Assembly: GCA_965153285.1 (NCBI GenBank)
Contig: OZ229110.1
Length of the DNA: 64,000 nt
Direction: 5' to 3' (one strand)
Origin: Podarcis tiliguerta
Taxonomy: Eukaryota
Shown piece after piece: positions 60,686 through 64,000 of this stretch (positions within the stretch are counted from its first letter, which is position 1; each line of letters starts with the position of its first letter). The notes below the pieces were generated by a model. It did no database searches. It was not told where the DNA came from and saw only the letters and a list, made by a program, of their open reading frames with translations. The position numbers and the translations under genes were made by a program.

Positions 60686-60735
60686 CTTGGTGGCAGTATG
60701 ATATAGCAAGCCCAAAGTGGTTGTTTTTACATCCC
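60686..60735 (-). other. Candidate 50-nt exon, gene unknown
   Basis: Minus-strand acceptor CTCCCCCGATCTCATTCCAG|; donor AAG|GTAAGA. Confidence 0.3.
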
Positions 60736-61327
60736 CTGGAATGAGATCGGGGGAGATCAGGGGAATGCAAATATCTGTCTACATATAATAAAACCTACTA
60801 GTGAACTACCATAGTGCACCATGAGAACAATAAGAAGAGGACAAATGGGGGGGGTGAAGGACCACCTTCGCACTTTAAAGCAAAGAGTTATGAACTGAGA
60901 GGAGCAGATGAATTGGAGAACGCAGGGAGTTATGAACAGACACCTGCAATTTGACTCTCCCCCCCCACCTCACAAAGCCATAATGGATGTGAATAAAGCT
61001 CAGGACCACAATATCTCAAGGACTTTGCCTTAACAACTTAAGAAAACTGCAGTGATTTGAAAGCAAACTTGAGAAATTTCACTGTTTACTCCACTGTTCC
61101 AGGTAGACTTGTCCACTTTTGTTAAGGCCTCTGGAGTTGCGCCTTTGACAGCCATTTCATGTTCAGCCATTATCAGATAATAATGTTATCTGCAAATCAA
61201 CCTGTAGTTTGAGTCCTAGGAATACCCCAAACTAGTCTGTTTAGTGATCAGTTGTCAACCCAAAATCAAGGCACAGCCAAAGTTCTCTGCTTCAAATCTC
61301 CCCATGGCTTGACAATTTTATATTGTC

Positions 61328-61484
61328 ACACCTGCTTTGCATGTGGAAGATCCCTGGTTTATCTCTTGGTAGGGCTGGGAATACTCCCCCCCCCACCTGA
61401 AACCCTGGAAAGCCTCTTCCAGTTAGTGTGGACAGTACTGAAGTGGATGGATGAACAGTCTGAATCAGTATAAAGCAGATTCCC
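61328..61484 (+). mobile_element. tRNA-derived SINE (Squam2-like), degenerate
   Basis: CACCTGCTTTGCATG…GGTAGGGCTGGG…CTGAAACCCTGGA…GTCTGAATCAGTATAA. Confidence 0.65.
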
Positions 61485-61782
61485 ATTTTGACTATTCGGA
61501 AATGAGGCAGCTGCCTAAGGCAGCTGAATTTGAATGTCACCAAAGTGCAGGCAGCAAATGGTTAGTTACTGAATTTATTATTCCTATAATGTTACTGTCA
61601 GGAAGAGGAAAGTAGGGATTTTCTGCCTCAGGGGCCAAAATAACTTGCCTGGCCTTTGGTACTATGCATCATAATTGGGACGGGAGTCCCAATTTGCTCT
61701 TCACTTCAGGCAGCAACACGTTTTCATCAGGCTCTGTGGAAAAGCTTCACGTGATATATTTTTGCCTGTTTTGAAGTCCACA

Positions 61783-61946
61783 CTGTCTTATACAAATTAG
61801 ACCATTGGTCCATCTAGCCCAGTAATGTCTACATTGATGTTTCAGACAGAGCAGATATCCAGCCCTATCTGGAGATGCTCACAACTGAACCTGGCACCTT
61901 CTGCATGCAAAGGAGATGCTCTCATCACTGAGCGATGGCCCTTCCC
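61783..61946 (-). mobile_element. tRNA-derived SINE (Squam2-like), degenerate
   Basis: Minus strand reads GGGAAGGGCCATCGCTCAGTGATGAGAGCATCTCCTTTGCATGCAGAAGGTGCCAGGTTCA…GCTAGATGGACCAATGGTCT. Confidence 0.7.
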
Positions 61947-64000
61947 TAAGCTCTGCTTTCAATGCCCTCCCACGTGCTGGCTCTGCTTCAGACCTAACTC
62001 CAAGCATTTCATGTGGGTTAAAAAAATGACATTCGTCTTCAGGTCCTATGCTCAATGTCTCTAGGTGTGGTGTCTACGACTTTTGGTTCTCCAGACTTAA
62101 TATTCACTTCTCCAGATATCTGCAGCAATCTCCTAAAATCAAATCCTCACGATAGTTGATCAGCATTTTAATGTAAATTTCTCCCAATCAATACTGCTTT
62201 ATATGCAGTTCTGACTAATATACAGATATTTGCAAGCAATTTTTCTGAATGGCCCGCATTTTTAAAGGCTATTTTCACTAATATATATGTATTTTTATGC
62301 ACACTTTTCACTAAAATAAGCTTCTTCTTCTTCTTTTTTGCAAACTTTGGTTGGAGAATTGCAACACATCAGAGAAGTGGAAAAGATTACTGTATTTCAA
62401 GTTTGCTACAGTCGCTTTTAAATGCAAACTGAATCAAAGACCTCTCCATGTCTGTAGCTATCATTTTTAATTATTCTGGCATTCCAAATCACAGGGAGAG
62501 AAAATACATTCTGTACGTATTCTATTTTATTTATTTATTATTTATTGAATTACTCTCCTGCCCTTCATCAAAGCAGTTTCCAATATAAAAAACAAAAATA
62601 TGTAACAAGCTATACATTATTTAAAAGAATCACACCCATATATATATGAATAGCCAGATTGTAACAAATGACAGCTGTCAATTCTATGGTATGTAAGTTA
62701 TGGAACTTCAGACACCAGTGACTTGAAGGGTTGGGAGGTGGAATGGGCCCCATGGGCAATGGGGGCCTAATGTTATATAAGTCCTGTATCACTAACTGTA
62801 GTATTGGGTAGTGGGAATGAGGGTGTCATCCACTGTAAAAAATAAACAACAACAGCAACAGAATGCTGAGTCTAAAGAAATTTATGTTATTTTGCTTTTC
62901 GATTTCCAGCACCATATAGTTAAGGTCAAGGTTAAGTCTAAAGGGGCAGTGAGGGTATGCAAGGGGGCGGTAGAAGAGAGATTTCCAATGCAAGAATTAT
63001 AAATTGCTGGCAGAAACTTAAGAGGGAAGAGCACTACTAACAAGAATATCTCAAGTCTGCTTTTAAATCACTGCAATTCTTTAAAGGTGACAGGGCAGGA
63101 GGTTATTTATTTTATTACTCTTATTTATTTCATTCCTGAATGGCTTCCTATGAAGCATCTCAAAGCAATTTCAGAATGCAATAAAACACATATAAAACAA
63201 TGGCACTTATAAAAACAGTTAAAGCATTTGCGTATTTAGAAAGAGTTTTGAACCATTGTGTCTCTAAAAACACAGTTTCACACACCCTCCTTCCTCTCCT
63301 CAATAGGAAGAAGAATAAATAAGTGGGAAAGACAAATAAGTCACCGCTTAATCATTTTCATGTCACCAGAATCTTTTTACAGATGAGGATATGCCAAAGA
63401 GACAATGTTCCTCTCCCTCCTTGGTGTAACTCTGACTGTAATGAGATCCTTTCAGTGGCTGGTGGCGTGAAAATGATAATAAATGCAGAATTTACATGTC
63501 CAAAGCAGCAATAGACATTAAGGAGGAGGAGGAGGAGGGGAGAAAGGGAAGGTTTGTTGTCCATGTATTCATACTAAAAGGAATGTTGAAGCCTCAGTCA
63601 TTAAAGTGACTAGACATTTCTCTCATTTCCACAGGTGCTAATGAACAGAAGGCTGGAATCTCTGCTTCTTGCCAATAAATCTCTTTCAGTTCGGAGAGAT
63701 GTGAATCACTTTCATACAAGACAAAGTAGGATGGAAAGAAAATGGAAAGAGAAAACGAATTTTGTGATAAAGGTGCAAAAATACTGAACTCTTTCCCCAG
63801 AAACTAGAATGTAATGAAACGAAGTCCTATTGAGTATTGGCTTCCTGATACATTAAGGAAGCCTGCAGAACATCTTGAGCTGTCATTCAAGGTGAAACTG
63901 GAGACATCTAAGTCTGGTGAAACATCTTCTGCGGGAGAAGCCAAATACAAGAAAATATAAGGGGATGGGGTGAAATAACAAGATATTCAAGCAATATTTC

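Overview
Vertebrate nuclear DNA, almost certainly from a squamate reptile and probably a lacertid lizard, judged from the Sauria SINE subfamily with (ACCTTT)n tails, BovB and the MITE families present. I cannot recognise any host protein-coding exon, so the window looks like a long intron or gene desert. It is AT-rich unique sequence with enhancer-like stretches and many transposons. The dominant feature is a full-length (3228 bp) BovB RTE-clade LINE at 56563-59790 with a 12-bp TSD and an uninterrupted APE-endonuclease + reverse-transcriptase ORF. Six Sauria SINE copies are present, and the three young copies that retain their 3' ends share BovB's 3' stem-loop. Other elements include a Penelope-like element end carrying a minimal hammerhead-ribozyme core (48885-48931, minus strand), a second TSD-flanked RTE, CR1/L2/L1 fragments, solo LTRs, possible DIRS/Ngaro-type repeats, and many Tc1/mariner and hAT MITEs, several with perfect TSDs and some nested in older elements. 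There are weak candidate micro-exons on both strands, a textbook recursive-splice-site motif at 12520/12521 (minus) and a 487-nt assembly gap. Almost all short ORFs in the supplied track are spurious. Family names come from recalled consensus features, not from a database search.
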